Source of the DNA: Antedon mediterranea
Lineage: Eukaryota; Animalia; Echinodermata
Assembly (NCBI RefSeq): GCF_964355755.1
Contig: NC_092676.1
Coordinates: forward strand, 191,788-255,787
Reading direction: 5' to 3'
DNA: 64,000 nucleotides
Shown here: positions 48,201-61,986 of the stretch, piece after piece
Position numbering within the stretch: the first letter of the stretch is position 1
Layout: each line of letters starts with the position of its first letter
The notes under the pieces: model-generated
Database searches by the model: none
What the model was told of the DNA's origin: nothing
The model's input: only the letters and a program-made list of their open reading frames with translations
Program-made: the position numbers and the translations under genes

Positions 48201-51200
48201 CGAAATGTTGACAACAATCAACACACTTGAATTAAATGAGCTGAGAAAACCAGCTATGAACAACTGTTCTAGAGAAGTCATATTGGAAGACAAAGGTTTA
48301 AAACATGATAAACAAAGTATAACAACAAATCCCATGGAAAAAGATCCAGGAAAGAAGAATCAGAAATGTTTAAATGGCGATGTTCTGACATGTAACAATG
48401 ATTACCTTAATGAAAATATTAAAACTGATCTCAAAAACACTCCTGAACTCAACATTAGTGATGACGATTTTAAAGAAGGAAGGTTTTTTCCTAACAAGAA
48501 AAGAAGAAAAACTAATCCAATTACAAAAAAGGCAAACAGCAGGATCAATAGAAAGAGTCGTACAAATCCTTGTAAAAATGTGTTAATGGAATCGTTGATG
48601 AAAGATTGCTCGAGTGAAAAATATCAGAATGATGATATTGATGATGATTTTGAACTGAAAGAAAAGAAGAAACCAAAGGCCTTAATGAGTTCATCGTTTG
48701 GTGGAAACCCATTTGTAGGATGTCGAACACTCAGAGTAGTTGTCCATAAAGTTAATGCAGAGAAACAGACTGTATTACTCACGAAGAAGTTTTTAAGTGA
48801 TATTGAGAGACAACTTAAGAAGATAAAGAAAATTGATTTGAGAAGAAGCATAGAGAAAGAAAACAAAAGGAAAATAGTCAATTTCCCACCCAAAGTTCAC
48901 AATCTTATACAATCTCCAAAGAGACGACTTGCTTGTAAGAAAATTCCAAAGAAAAAAGAAAAACCAGCACTTTTATTTCTTGATAACATTTATCCTGCCA
49001 GAAAATTTAAAAACGGCACTAGAAATGACTCAATATCTGAACCAAGACATGGTCAATATGATTTAAGAAAAGACATCAGAAACGTTCAACAGAATCAGCT
49101 TGGGGTTTTTAAGCAAGTATCACATGAAACAGATATGAACATTACAGAACAACGTTGTCCAATCGTTCCTAGAGTAGGAATAAAGTTTTTGAAACAAGAT
49201 GGACATTTGATTGTTCAGGATATTAACTCCCCTTCTAGACATTATGATTTAACGAAAGACAAGTTTAAAAAACAAAAACCATCAAAGTTATCAAGAAAGT
49301 TTTTCGATAATAAAACCGTAGTAAAAAAACTACCAGAACAGATGTTTGATACTACCAATACAGACTGTGACTCATTGTATCAAGATGTTCTTCTGTCTTT
49401 TGCATACATGTCTCCAATTTGTCCTCCGGAAGTCTCCAGTCCACCAAGATGCTGGTCACCAACGTCCAACATTGATATCAAAGATGCCAGTGTAGTTTCT
49501 GTTAAGACAATGACTTCAAGCAAACAAAGAAATGTAGGAAATATAAGGAATTTAGGAAATGTGAAGAGGATAAAGCCATCAAACAACATAACACAAACTA
49601 ATTGTGACAATGTACTAATGAGTAAAAACTATAAAACTAATCAGGGTTCGAGAAATGTTAATTTAACAGAAAGAGAAGAATTTGATGAAGTTATGCATGT
49701 TGAAAAATCACCAGTTAAGGAAAATGTAGTCTGCTCAGTTGATTCAGAAAAGAACAGAGAATCTAAGGAAAAAAAGACACAGAAAGTTAGAAGGAATAAG
49801 CGGAAAAGAACTTCAGATGGCGCTTCACAAAAATTAAAAAGAAAGCGTAGAAATACAGGAAATTTACACAAAGAATGTAATCCAGTTAATTCAGAGGAAA
49901 CCTTATGCAAAAACATTGACACAATTTCATTAAATAATTCAGCCGGAATTTCAAAACTGCCTCTTTCCAAAAACATCTTATGTAGTAGTGACAATGAAGA
50001 TAAGGTTAATGCATCTGAGTCAGCCTCTTTTCTAGATTTATTTAGAAAGGCCATCGAAGACCAGAATAATCATCCTGATGATTCACTTTTAGAAGTTGTA
50101 TCACAAGAAAGTGCTTCTGTTGATTCTACTTGCCTGAAAATGTATGGTGCAGCAATTGGATTACCAGACAATGTTGATAGTCACAAAATACAAGAAGATG
50201 CAACTATTAACTCTCCCATACCAAATACATCAGTCAGTGCCTTAGACAAAATTGAGACAGGTATTAATTCAGACTTTGACAACACATCAGATTGTGCCTT
50301 AACGAAAATTCCAGAAATGTTAACAGAAACTGTTGATGCTGTTTCACCACTATCTTCTAATGCTGAAATGAAAGAACATCAAGAAGATTGTCTACAGACA
50401 GATGCCTTGATTTCTAACTCTGTGTTGCCAAACAGTCCAGAAGCAATTGTGACAGCTTCAGAAGCGGTCGTACAGAAAGCCTCAAATGATTCTAAGAAAA
50501 TGACTGAAACTACTATGCTGAAAGAATCATTAAATACAGTTGGAGCAAAATCTGGTGAACCTAAGTGTGCAATTACTAAAGATGTTGATAGTAAAAATGA
50601 AAGTTCATCTTACAAGCTTCTGAATTCGGATATGGTAGAAAAACCAGATACATCAATCGATGATATAACTCCAGAACAATATAACAACAGCTTTACCTCA
50701 GATTATACTGCACTATCTCAAAAGACTGGAAATAATCAAGAACGTTCTCAAAACTTGTCCGATTCCTTGTATTCCACAGGTAGCGATAGTAATGTTGAAA
50801 CATCTTTCAATCTTCTGGATTCCCAAGGCTTTTTAGTTGAAGGTGAACCTACTTACAAAGTAATCTGTTCAACAGCTTCACATGTTATTTCCTCACAAGA
50901 ATCAAATGGTTTTAGTTTGAACTCTTGTAATGGAAGTTCTTTAAACAACTCTTCAAGTGATTCTATTTGTATTGATAGTCAAGATGTTTTGAACACGAAT
51001 GAAATAGAAGTGGAATCTGAAAATATCATACAGAACCGTGAAACAGGAACTGAAACATCAGCGGTACAAGACATAAAATCTGAGACCTCAAACGATGATA
51101 GTCAAATTAGTCATGAACCAAGCATAGAAGTACCTATAACTAACTTGGTCGAACAAAATCAAAGCCTTGAGGAAATTGAGTTTATCAATCACAAAGAAGA

Positions 51201-54200
51201 AATAGAAGTAAATAACATTGGGGCAGAAGTAGAAATATTGGATCAACAACACTCAGAAGAAAAAATAGGTAATTCTGAGCAAAATGACAACTTGATAGAT
51301 GGTTTAGAATTTAAAGCTGGTAGTAATGAGAGTAATTTCATACTTGAACCAACCATATCAACTGATTTAGGCCAGCAGCATTCCATTATTACTGAACCCC
51401 AAAATCATTATAGTAAAGATGAAACTTCTCCTTCATTTATACAAGATGAGAACAACCTATGTTCTTCCAGTTTTACTAAATTGTTTCATGGAAAAGAAAC
51501 AGAATCCAACCAATGTTCTCCGATTCCTATTTTCTCTGTTCCTGATACACCAGAACCACCCAAACAATCAGTTGAGGTTGTAAAATCAAAACAACAATCT
51601 GTAAAACAACCATCCGAACAAGAGGATAGCATTTTCATAAAAACACAAAACAGAAAACGTCCATTAGAGGAATCATTGGAAGATGATTCTGTAATGTGTG
51701 TTATGTGTTCTCAAAATATATCCTGTTCAAAAACTAATGAAAGTAGTGAAATTAATTGTAAAACATCTGAAAGTTGTAAAACATCTAAAAGAAAAGAATA
51801 TCAGAGCAATAAAGAACCTATAAAGGAGGATAAACAACAGGAATTTCATAAAAAATCCAAGACTAAAACATCAGATGAAGGCCCTAAAGATGATGATACT
51901 CCATCAACAAATGGTTTACCTGTAGGAGTGAAAGTGTGGATGCCACAGCAGTTACCTCCTTCTCAAACAGAAGTAACTGAGTCACTTTCTAAATTTGGGC
52001 TTAAGGAGTTTCACCACCAAGAAGCTTTCTGCCAAAGTCCAGCTGACTTACCAGATAAATCAAGGTAAGACTATTTCATAACAGAATCAAATCTGTTTTA
52101 TTTCAGTAATCAACCATCACATAACAGAATCAAATCTGTTTATTTCAGTAATCAACCATCACATAATAACAGAAACAAATCTGTTTTATTTCAATAATCA
52201 ACCATCTCATCATAACAGAATTAAATCTGTTTTGTTTCAGTAATCAAACATCACATAACAGAATCAAATCTGTTTTATTTCAGTAATCAACCATCACATA
52301 ATAACAGAAACAAATCTGTTTTATTTCAATAATCAACCATCTCATCATAACAGAATCAAATCTGTTTTGTTTCAGTAATCAAACATCACATAACAGAATC
52401 AAATCTGTTTTATTTCAGTAATCAACCATCACATAATAACAGAAACAAATCTGTTTTATTTCAATAATCAACCATCTCATCATAACAGAATCAAATCTGT
52501 TTTATTTCAGTAATCAACCATCACATAATAACAGAAACAAATCTGTTTTATTTCAATAATCAACCATCACATCATAACAGAATCAAATCTGTTTTGTTTC
52601 AGTAATCAAACATCACATAACAGAATCAAATCTGTTTTATTTCAGTAATCAACCATCACATAATAACAGAAACAAATCTGTTTTATTTCAATAATCAACC
52701 ATCTCATCATAACAGAATCAAATCTGTTTTATTTCAATAATCAACCATCTCATCATAACAGAATTAAATCTGTTTTATTTCAGTAATCAAACATCACATA
52801 ACAGAATCAATCTGTTTATTTCCGTAATCAACCATCACATCATAACAGATTCAAATCTGTTTTATTTCAGTAATCAAGCATCTCATCATAACAGAATCAA
52901 ATCTGTTTTATTTCAGTAATCAACCATCACATAATAACAGAATCAAATCTGTTTTATTTCAGTAATCAACCATCACATCATAACAGAATCAAATCTGTTT
53001 TATTTCAGTAATCAAACCTCACATAACAGAATCAAATCTGTTTTATTTCAGTAATCAAACATCACATAACAGAATCAAATCTGTTTTGTTTCAGTAATCA
53101 ACCATCACATCATAACAGAATCAAATCTGTTATCCCATCTGAGTTTCCAAAATGCAGAAGTGTTTTATCAGAGAATGGCATTCAACATTGGAGAAAATGC
53201 TTAGTTAATTCATTTACAGAAGTACATTCCACAAGCCAAGATTTGAATAATAGCTTCCAGCTAATTAATGAAATTGAGACCCGACCAGAATTGAGAGCAC
53301 TTACTTTGAGTAATAAAACTACAGTAATTACTCCATGCAAACTGCCTCCATCACGATCAGGAGTTACAAAATGGATGGAAGGTAAAGAACTGTACAAACA
53401 GAAAAAAAGAATAAAAGTTGAAAGAAGTGGAAACATTTGTGAACAAGACAAAAATAAATCAGTACATGAAAAGATAAAAGAGAAAAGTGATGAAAAGGTT
53501 AAATCATTTTCATCTGAGCTGTACAAAACTCCAGTATCTGACAAACCAATGACCAAATTACCATTATTTAAAAACCAGCCATGTCACAGTACCCCTTTTA
53601 GAGAAGCTAGTAAATCATTTACAGCAGGAACTCCAGCTATCTCACAAAGGAACACAAGTATTCCACACACAAGTACTAGTACACCGATTCACATTACCCA
53701 GTGTACACCTATCTTGAATGTGAAAGAAACTTTGACAGACAATGGAAAACAACAAGATTTAAAATTGAATATGCAAAACTTGGTAAGCATTGGCCTAAAG
53801 TTCTGTATACACTATCAAACTTTATGTGACAACAAAAGATGATGTGCCCTATATGAAAATGATGATGTCATATCACTACCATATTTAGGCATATCAACCG
53901 TATTTCGGTACCTAACACCCTTTTTGTCAAACAAGTTCTGATAGTGTAGACAGACCTTAACTGTATTTAGTATTTCCCAGTTCAGCACTTTTTCAGTCTC
54001 ATAAAATTAGAGAGTGAATATATCATATTTATTCCAATTTATTTCAAGAGGGTAGCTCTAACAGCTGTTTTCTTTTTTTCATATTAGGAAACCTTTGCTA
54101 CTCCTGTTGCCAGAGCAGCCTCAGATTTGTCTGAAATTGATGGACCAACGCCGAGAAATGCATTTGGGTTTAAAGTGAGCCAGCACAATTTAAAAGATGC

Positions 54201-57200
54201 CAAAGCAGTTCATGAAGTATGTATAATTATATATTAGATTATGATAATATAAAACAAAACTACGATCAAAAGTTAGGCAAGCCATTTACACTTTTCTTCC
54301 AGTTTGTTTTATATTGGACATTCTGATGTGTCGTATATATTGAAATAAAACAATGAATGAACAGTAAATAAATGAAAACAACCAATACATAGTATAAAAC
54401 TTACACCAACGAGTGGGATTAAATCATGATTCAATTTTTCAATCTTTATTGAATCAAGAATTAAAAATGTTGTATCATTATCTGCAGGTACAGCACATCA
54501 CAGTAATGAGTCTAGAAGTTCACTGTCGAACCCGGCTCAACTATCGACCTGATCCTGAAGCTGATGCAGTCTTTGCAATATTTTATTGCATCCAATCAGA
54601 TACATTGGATGACAATTTAAGAAACACTACAGGGGTCATAACCCTTGACCCAGGTTTATTGAATGATTGGAATGAAGTAGATAATGGTCGTGGGAAGAGG
54701 TCATTTCTTGCTAGAACTGGTATTACACAGCTTGAGGAGATAGTTGTAAAATCAGAACAAGCAATATTTGAAGAACTTGTTAAAATTGTTAAGAGGTAAT
54801 AAAAGTAGATTACATTAAGACAACAATAAAGTTTATAAACTTTATTTTATAAACATTTTTGTATAAATATTAAATAAATATTTCAGATTTGATCCAGATA
54901 TTTTTGTTGGCTACGAGATACAAATGTTGTCATGGGGATATATCCTTCAAAGAGCCGAGTTCATTTCAATTGACCTTTGCTCTCAGTTGTCAAGGATACC
55001 AGGTATGTTTTTTTTTTTGTTAATGAAAATAATGATAAGGGAATTGTTATTTTTACTCCATGCAGTTTCAACATATAAATATTAATGTTTTATTTTTTGT
55101 TAGGTGCAAAGAAAAGCAAATTCTCAGCTCAAAAAGATGAATGGGGTGCTGATCACATGTCAGAGATAAGCATTGTGGGAAGGATTGTTCTGAACCTTTG
55201 GAGACTTTTGCGACATGAGGTTTGACCAAAATCATTGTTAATTTTAGATTAGTAAATAAACTATATACTTTGTGTTCAAAATAACAACTTTGTAGAATAG
55301 GTTAAATATATTCATCAAATATTTTCATTGCAGGTTGCATTGACTAATTACCGATTTGAGAATGTTGCCTTTCATGTGCTTCATCAACGAATCCCAGAGT
55401 ATTCCTTCCGATCGCTTGCTGATTGGTTCGACCACAAGACAGATCTTTACAGGTAAATTTAATTTCATTCCTAATAAAGACTTCTAAGATCATAAGACTA
55501 GTTTCAGTAAAAGAATCCTCAAATTTGATTAAAAATTATTTACATTAACAATACTTAAATGTGGGTAGATATTAAAAAAGTTAATTGTAAGTTAGTTCAG
55601 TTAATTCTGTATTTTACCACAGATGGCGAACAATTGAACATTACATGATCAGAGTAGTGGGAATAATGAAGCTGTTGAACCAACTAGATTTGATTGGTCG
55701 AACCAGTGAGTTAGCAAGAGTTTTTGGAATTCAATTTTACTCTGTTTTATCAAGAGGTTCGCAGGTATGTTTCTAATGATCTTGTTTGTGCATGTAAATA
55801 AAACATATTTTAAATCTTGTTGTTTTTGTGGATGGATGCAAGTTTTTTTTTACCACATTTAAAACATAAATAAATTTCTTGTTTGTACTTTTATTTGCAG
55901 TATCGGGTAGAATCAATGATGTTGCGACTGGCTAAGCCTATGAATTACATTGCTGTAACACCAAGTGTACAACAAAGAGCAAGGTGAAATAAATTATAAA
56001 TAAATTGCAACCATGTACAGTATTTACTTAAATGCTTTATTTGCCTGTCATCATAAAATAAAAACATAAATTGACTTTTTTCATTTACTTGTTCCATCAT
56101 TATTTCTCAGAATGAATGCTCCTGTATGCATCCCATTAGTAATGGAACCAGAATCACGTTTTTATGAGGATCCTGTGATTGTACTTGACTTCCAATCTCT
56201 CTACCCGTCCATGATGATGGCTTACAACTACTGCTATTCAACTTGTTTAGGCAAAATTGAAGGAATTGCAGAGTAAGAATGAGTTTATATCTTCCTAATG
56301 TTTTACCTATATAGTTAATGTTTTACCTATATAGTTAATGTTTTACCTATATAGTTAATGTTTTACCTATATAGTTAATGTTTTACCTATATAGTTAATG
56401 TTTTACCTATATAGTTAATGTTTTACCTATATAGTTAATGTTTTACCTATATAGTTAATGTTTTACCTATATAGTTAATGTTTTACCTATATAGTTAATG
56501 TTTTACCTATATAGTTAATATTTTACCTATAATAAAAATCAAGATTGGTCATAAAACAAATATGGGTATTAGTTATAGAGATCACCCTTTTTGTTTTATT
56601 TTGTGGATAGTTTATGCAGATAACCAAATTTTTTTTTTAGAAATGGTGAATTTAAGTTTGGTTGTACAAGCTATAGCATACCACACCGGAAGTTAAGAAG
56701 ACTGTTTAACAAGAATGATATTCATGTTTCACCCAATGGCGTTGCTTTCGTCAAGTCACATGTCAGAAGAGGTGTATTGCCAAAGTAAAGTATTCTCCTA
56801 ACTATTACTTAAGTAAATTCTTAATCTGTAGCTGTAGACTTAACAATAGATTTGACTTGTTATTTTGTATTAAGATTGAATACATTACTTTACAGAATGG
56901 TTGAAGAAATACTAGGGGCAAGAGTAATGGTGAAGAAAGCCATGAAAGATCACAAACAAAATAAGGTATATTTCTTGTTTTGTGTTTGCGATTCCCATTT
57001 TGAATAAAATATTGAATTCAGAAAATTGTGTTAAAGTCATATATATTGTGTATTGGCATAATATGAAATATGTTACAATAACAAAAAGTTAACTCTGCAT
57101 TGTTAGAAACCATTAGTTTTCTTAGTATCATCCACATTTTTTGTAGGTTCTTCTTCGGATGTTGGATAGTCGTCAACTTGGTTTAAAACTCATTGCCAAT

Positions 57201-60200
57201 GTCACCTATGGTTACACATCAGCTAGTTTCTCTGGAAGAATGCCATGTGTAGAAGTGAGTAATTTGACTTTAAAAATAAAAAGGAATACATGATCCAATT
57301 TTATTTATAAATTATTACAGTTTCCTCGTTTGTAATGGCAAAACTAAGTGTATTACAGTATTTGATTTTTCATCAAAATAACTTATTTTATGTAAATTGT
57401 AAATGAATGTTTTTGTTTTCAGATTGGAGATAGTATTGTACGCAAAGCAAGAGAGACATTGGAAAGGGCTATTTACTTGGTAGAGAACTCTGATAAATGG
57501 GATGCACAAGTGGTGTATGGAGATACAGATAGGTATGTACACAATACATATGAATTAAAAATGGGAAATTGTGTACAAAGTATAACATTTATCACCTTAC
57601 TGAGTAGTACAGTACTTTGCAATATGGTGTGTTTTTGGAGTCTAAAGATCACGTTAGTATTCCTCTATTAAATTATAACACATACAGTAGTCTTTCTTAT
57701 TACATTTTCTTTTTTATTGTACAGTTTGTTTATTGTGGTGAAGGGTGCAAGCAAGGAACAAGCTTTTAAAATAGCAAAGGAGATGGTAGATGATGTGACA
57801 GCTGACAACCCCAAACCAGTTAAACTTAAATTTGAAAAGGTTTGTTTACAGTCTTCTTGATACAGAAGACCCTTATAAGTACATCAGTTACTTTGTTAGT
57901 TGTCTAATAAAATTATTTTTATTATATTGTAAATGTGCTCTACTACTTTGGAAATCAATGCCTTAGCACTGAAAGTATCATTCAGTAGAAAGACAGAATA
58001 AATAACTAGATTTGAACTCGTCACTTTGACGAGTTAGTTTTCTGCAAGACAAACGCCACGCGCACGTCATACACACAGAAAAAGGTTATGGCATTATGAC
58101 CTGAACTGAAAGAATATCATAATGCTGTTAGTGCTGAATTCTGTCAATTTCGTGTCATACAGTATATACAGTGCAAACGGTATAATCTGTATACATGTTA
58201 CATACAGTGTAGAATAGGTGAAATTACGGGACCCCCTGTTTATTCTTATTTTTAACAAGAAACACTAAGATAGCAATTTTGGAAGGACATTATCTCAGCA
58301 ACAACATATGAACGTGTAGAAGAAATTTGAATACGTAAAATATAGATGCGCGCCCTTTTAAATGTGATGAACTATTACGCAAAATATGAAAATACAACTG
58401 GCCATATGATGACGTCACAACATCCGATTGGCAAAATGTTTACATGAATTCGTATCTACAATCCAATAGCTTCAAGAAAACATTTTATTCATGATTATCA
58501 CGTTTTATTCTGACGAGCTATAACGGATTGAAATTTAAAAGTGACCCACGTTATTTTCATTTTTAGACATGATGACGTCATTAAAAAAAAAAAAGATGAT
58601 GAAACAGGACAGTTACAAGGAGTTATCCGCTGAATGCGGATAACTGAATATCTGTTTCGCTGGTCAATATATATGAGATATATATATAAATTGTGTTACT
58701 TTTGTAGGTATACCATCCATGTGTGTTGCAATCTAAGAAGCGGTATGTTGGCTATAGCTATGAAACATTAGACCAAAAGGAACCAATCTTTGATGCAAAA
58801 GGCATTGAGACAGTTAGAAGAGATAGTTGCCCTGCAGTTGGAAAGGTTAGTTAGTTTCAGTGATCATGGTAGAAAGTAGGCCCTACAGCACCAGACAGAA
58901 TTTTGCAGATTTTAAACATGTTGGTGTTGACAATGCATTTTCCGCTGGTATTGAGACTGTTGAGTTAGTTGAACTGTAGATTCAACCACACTCATGTTGT
59001 GTTATATATATATGAGCAATTTTTTTTTCAGATCCTTGAGCGTTCAATAAAGGTTTTATTTAACACTCACAACATTTCTGAAGTTAAAAGTTACGTGAAG
59101 CGTCAGTGCAACAAAGTTCTTGAAGGACGCATCAGCATGCAGGATTTAATCTTTGCTAAGGAATATCGTGGAATAAACTCATATCGACCAGGTGCTTGCG
59201 TGCCAGCCTTGGAACTAGCCAAGTAAGTATCTTTTATTGAAATGTATTTACTTATATGTACACTTAAAAAAATGTCAGGTTTATAATATTTTTAATTCTT
59301 TTTTTTTTTGCCTAGGCGCATGTTGTCAAATGATCGTCGATCTGAACCAAGGACAGGAGAACGAGTACCTTATGTGATAGTCTATGGAAGTCCAGGCTTA
59401 CCACTTATCCAACTTGTAAGATCACCATTAGAAGTCGTCAAGAACACCAGCCAGCGGCTGAATTCAATCTACTATGTCACCAAGCAAATTCTACCTCCAT
59501 TGGACAGAATCATGTCCTTATTTGGTGTTGATGTGTACCAATGGTACAATGAATTACCAAAAGTTGTTAAGTTTGCTCCACCAACATCAAATACAGCAGA
59601 AAGTAAACAAGTAAGTTTTATAACCTAAATCACCTAAAATTGTTTACCATTATAGTGAGTACAGTAAATAGCTGGATGCCCAGTAGATTGTAAACAACCA
59701 CATACATATTATAATTTTAACGGCTTTTAACATAGCTGAAACATTTTGATATCTAAAACTTTTGATCTGTAAAAAAGTATAGCTATTATCATATAGATAT
59801 ATATTGCATTTAAATCAATATTAATAATTCATATTCTCATATAAGTTATTCAAAACCTGATTTTGTAGGGCACGATATCACAATATTTTAACACAATGAA
59901 TTGTGAAATTTGTGACCAACTGACCAAGACTGGAATTTGTGCTAGTTGTCGAAAGAACACACAAAATGTTGCAACAACATTGTGTTACCGTATGCACGAT
60001 ATTGAGAGGAATTATTCAGTACTAAAAACTGTAAGTGTATTTATCTTCTGTTGATTATAGTAATAAGTACAAAAAAGAACCAGAAAATCAGGAACATTTT
60101 GGCTTTAGAATTTGAATTTTTATTTATATACTGTGTTATAATGTTGTCGTTAGCCAAGAAAATGTAATTACAAAACTTATAATATTTATGTTTTTATTTG

Positions 60201-60365
60201 TTTTTGTATCAGATATGCAATAGCTGTCAAGGATTTTCACATGAGAAACAAGTTTGTTTATCTCTTGATTGTCCAGTTATGTTTAAACTAAGTAAAGCAA
60301 CTCTTGAGTTAAATAGACTGGAAGCAATGCAGAATATTTTAAGTACATCAACTGATGTACAGTGA
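42281..60365 (+). CDS. REV3L: DNA polymerase zeta catalytic subunit
   Basis: Exons include 42281-42431, 43280-43475, 43667-43741, 44078-44159, 44375-44456, 44595-44694, 45278-45369, 45550-45654, 45849-45933, 46149-46243, 46519-46617, 46849-47053, 47225-47355, 47612-52064, 53095-53782, 54088-54216, 54488-54795, then polymerase exons about 54887-59610, 59869-60030 and 60213-60365. Motifs SVRIVTADTY, STCELEVD, NPGLLAIWEDEK, LDFQSLYPS, KLIANVTYGY, YGDTDS, GERVPYVIV, CysA (CEIC...CASC) and CysB (CNSC...CLSLDC). Confidence 0.95.
43840..44008. repeat. About 57-bp tandem repeat x3
   Basis: aaagatgtctgtctctgtagagcagctacagtataatgtattgtagacataaatac units. Confidence 0.85.
45029..45231. repeat. 40-bp tandem repeat x5
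   Basis: cttaactgattctttggtagcatttcaggaagttccttgc units in a REV3L intron. Confidence 0.9.
52077..53131. repeat. 42-46-bp tandem array (about 23 units) built from a REV3L 3' splice site and exon start
   Basis: cataacagaatcaaatctgttttatttcag|taatcaaccatcac units. The array fills the intron from about 12 nt after the donor into the next exon. Confidence 0.92.
56296..56531. repeat. 20-bp minisatellite (taatgttttacctatatagt), about 12 copies
   Basis: Direct reading. Confidence 0.92.
58005..58646. mobile_element. Probable Helentron/HINE-like non-autonomous element
   Basis: Starts actagatttg-aactcgtca-ctt-tgacgagtt (subterminal hairpin) and ends with hairpin agttatccgc-tgaat-gcggataact. No TSD visible; A-rich flanks. 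Confidence 0.45.
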
Positions 60366-60651
60366 ACAAATACCAAAGTAAAGCAACACTTGGATTAAAT
60401 AGACTGGAAGCAATGCAGAAGATTTTAAGTACATCAACTGATGTACCATAAGTCAACAAATACCAAAGTACAGCAACACTTTAAATAGACTGGAAGCAAT
60501 GCAGAAGATTTTAAGTACATCAACTGATGTACAGTGAACAAATACCAAAGTAAAGCAACACTTGGATTAAATAGACTGGAAGCAATGCAGAAGGTTCTAA
60601 GTACATCAACTGATGTACCATAAGTCAACAAATACCAAAGTAAAGCAACTC
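60290..60651. repeat. About 86-bp x4 duplication of the REV3L last codons and stop region
   Basis: aaatagactggaagcaatgcagaa..ttttaagtacatcaactgatgtac at about 60311, 60397, 60483 and 60569; the first copy is coding. Confidence 0.88.
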
Positions 60652-61701
60652 TGAAATTTAATTGCCAGACTTCACTCCCAAAGACTCTTTTTTTTAAAGA
60701 TATTTATTTGTCTTGTGAAAAGAATTGCCATCTTCAAAAGGATAGTGAATGAATTTATTTATCCTTGGCAAAATATAAAGACTGCATTGTAAAATAAATT
60801 GAATTTTTTAACAATGTGCAATACTGTTTTTTGGAAATATTAGAATTATGCAAATAACCTGACAGTTGTTAATTATGTGGGATTAAAATTTGCTTGTAAA
60901 TATTATAAGAAAAGCAAATAAGGATTAAATTTAGAAATTTTTGAAATACTTATCGTTAAAATTTGTATCAGAGTATAAAACATTCCAATCAAATTTTTAT
61001 CACATTATATAGCAATTTTGTATACAAAATATTTTTAAGATATTGGATTTAATACTCTATTTTGTGCAATTTAAGTGTTTTCTGCTTGTTAAGTGCAGTA
61101 GCTTAAATTCTTCAGGCAGCTGTGACAAGATGCAGCCATTACCTCTAGATTAAAAAACCATTTTAGTTATTTATATTTCAGGCGGGAGTATTATATAAGT
61201 TATAATTTATATATATTGATAAATATCACGGCACTTCAATATTTAGTTAACTCATTTAGTCTTTCCCTTTATCTTATATATTCTGTTATATTTGTCTTTT
61301 TTTTTCAAATAAATCTTGTTTATGGTTCAGACAAATAATTGTCTCAATAGAGTAATAATGTCACTGAAATAGCCTGTGAAGGTTCCAGTTGTCAATGAAT
61401 GCTGGTTGAATTTTCACTTTTTTGGTTTGGACGTGCAATTGTAAAAACACCAACACAGGTACGTATGAACTGATAGTAAAATCGTTTATTAGTTGATATT
61501 GGCTGTTATACATAGGCCTACTGTGTAATTGTAGGCCTAAATAAACTGTATTTATGCTTTATTTTGTGATATCACGCAGTGTTGTGGTAAAAAAAAAAAA
61601 CAAATAAAAAAAAAAATGTTAACTGAATAATTACAAGAAAAGTGAGGAAAAGAAATTCCAAAAACAAATAAAAAAGAAATCAAATTTGCAAATAAAAAAT
61701 T

Positions 61702-61784
61702 TAGTACGGATGGGGTTCGAACCCATGCGGACATACGTCCATTGGAACTTAAGTCCAACGCCTTAACCACTCGGCCACCGTACT
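61702..61784 (-). tRNA. tRNA-Leu(UAA)
   Basis: AGTACGG/CCGTACT acceptor stem, TGGCCGAGTGG A-box, TTGGA-CT-TAA-GT-TCCAA anticodon arm, long variable arm, GGTTCGAACCC B-box and a downstream T-run terminator. Confidence 0.95.
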
Positions 61785-61972
61785 GGAGATGATTAGTATT
61801 GTACTATTTATGTTAATGAATAAATTGCTCAAAATCTTATAATAATTTACATATTTTACTGCATTTTTATTGCTTTCTGATAATGAAGAAAATAGTAGAA
61901 ACATAAATATAATTTATGTTATCTTACCAGTGATGATACGTACAATATGGCGGAAAGCAATTCCAATCTTTT

Positions 61973-61986
61973 GTTGCTGCGGTAAC
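61973..61986. promoter_or_regulatory. RFX X-box upstream of the ciliary gene ARL13B
   Basis: gttgctgcggtaac fits the X-box consensus, with neighbouring atggcgg (YY1-like) and gtcacgtga (E-box) motifs. Confidence 0.6.

Noticed and set aside
47620-52068. 1482-aa ORF as an independent gene
   Set aside because: Bounded by an in-phase acceptor (47612) and donor (52064); it is the giant internal exon of REV3L.
61552-61770. 72-aa minus-strand ORF
   Set aside because: Overlaps the tRNA-Leu gene and T-rich flank; spurious.
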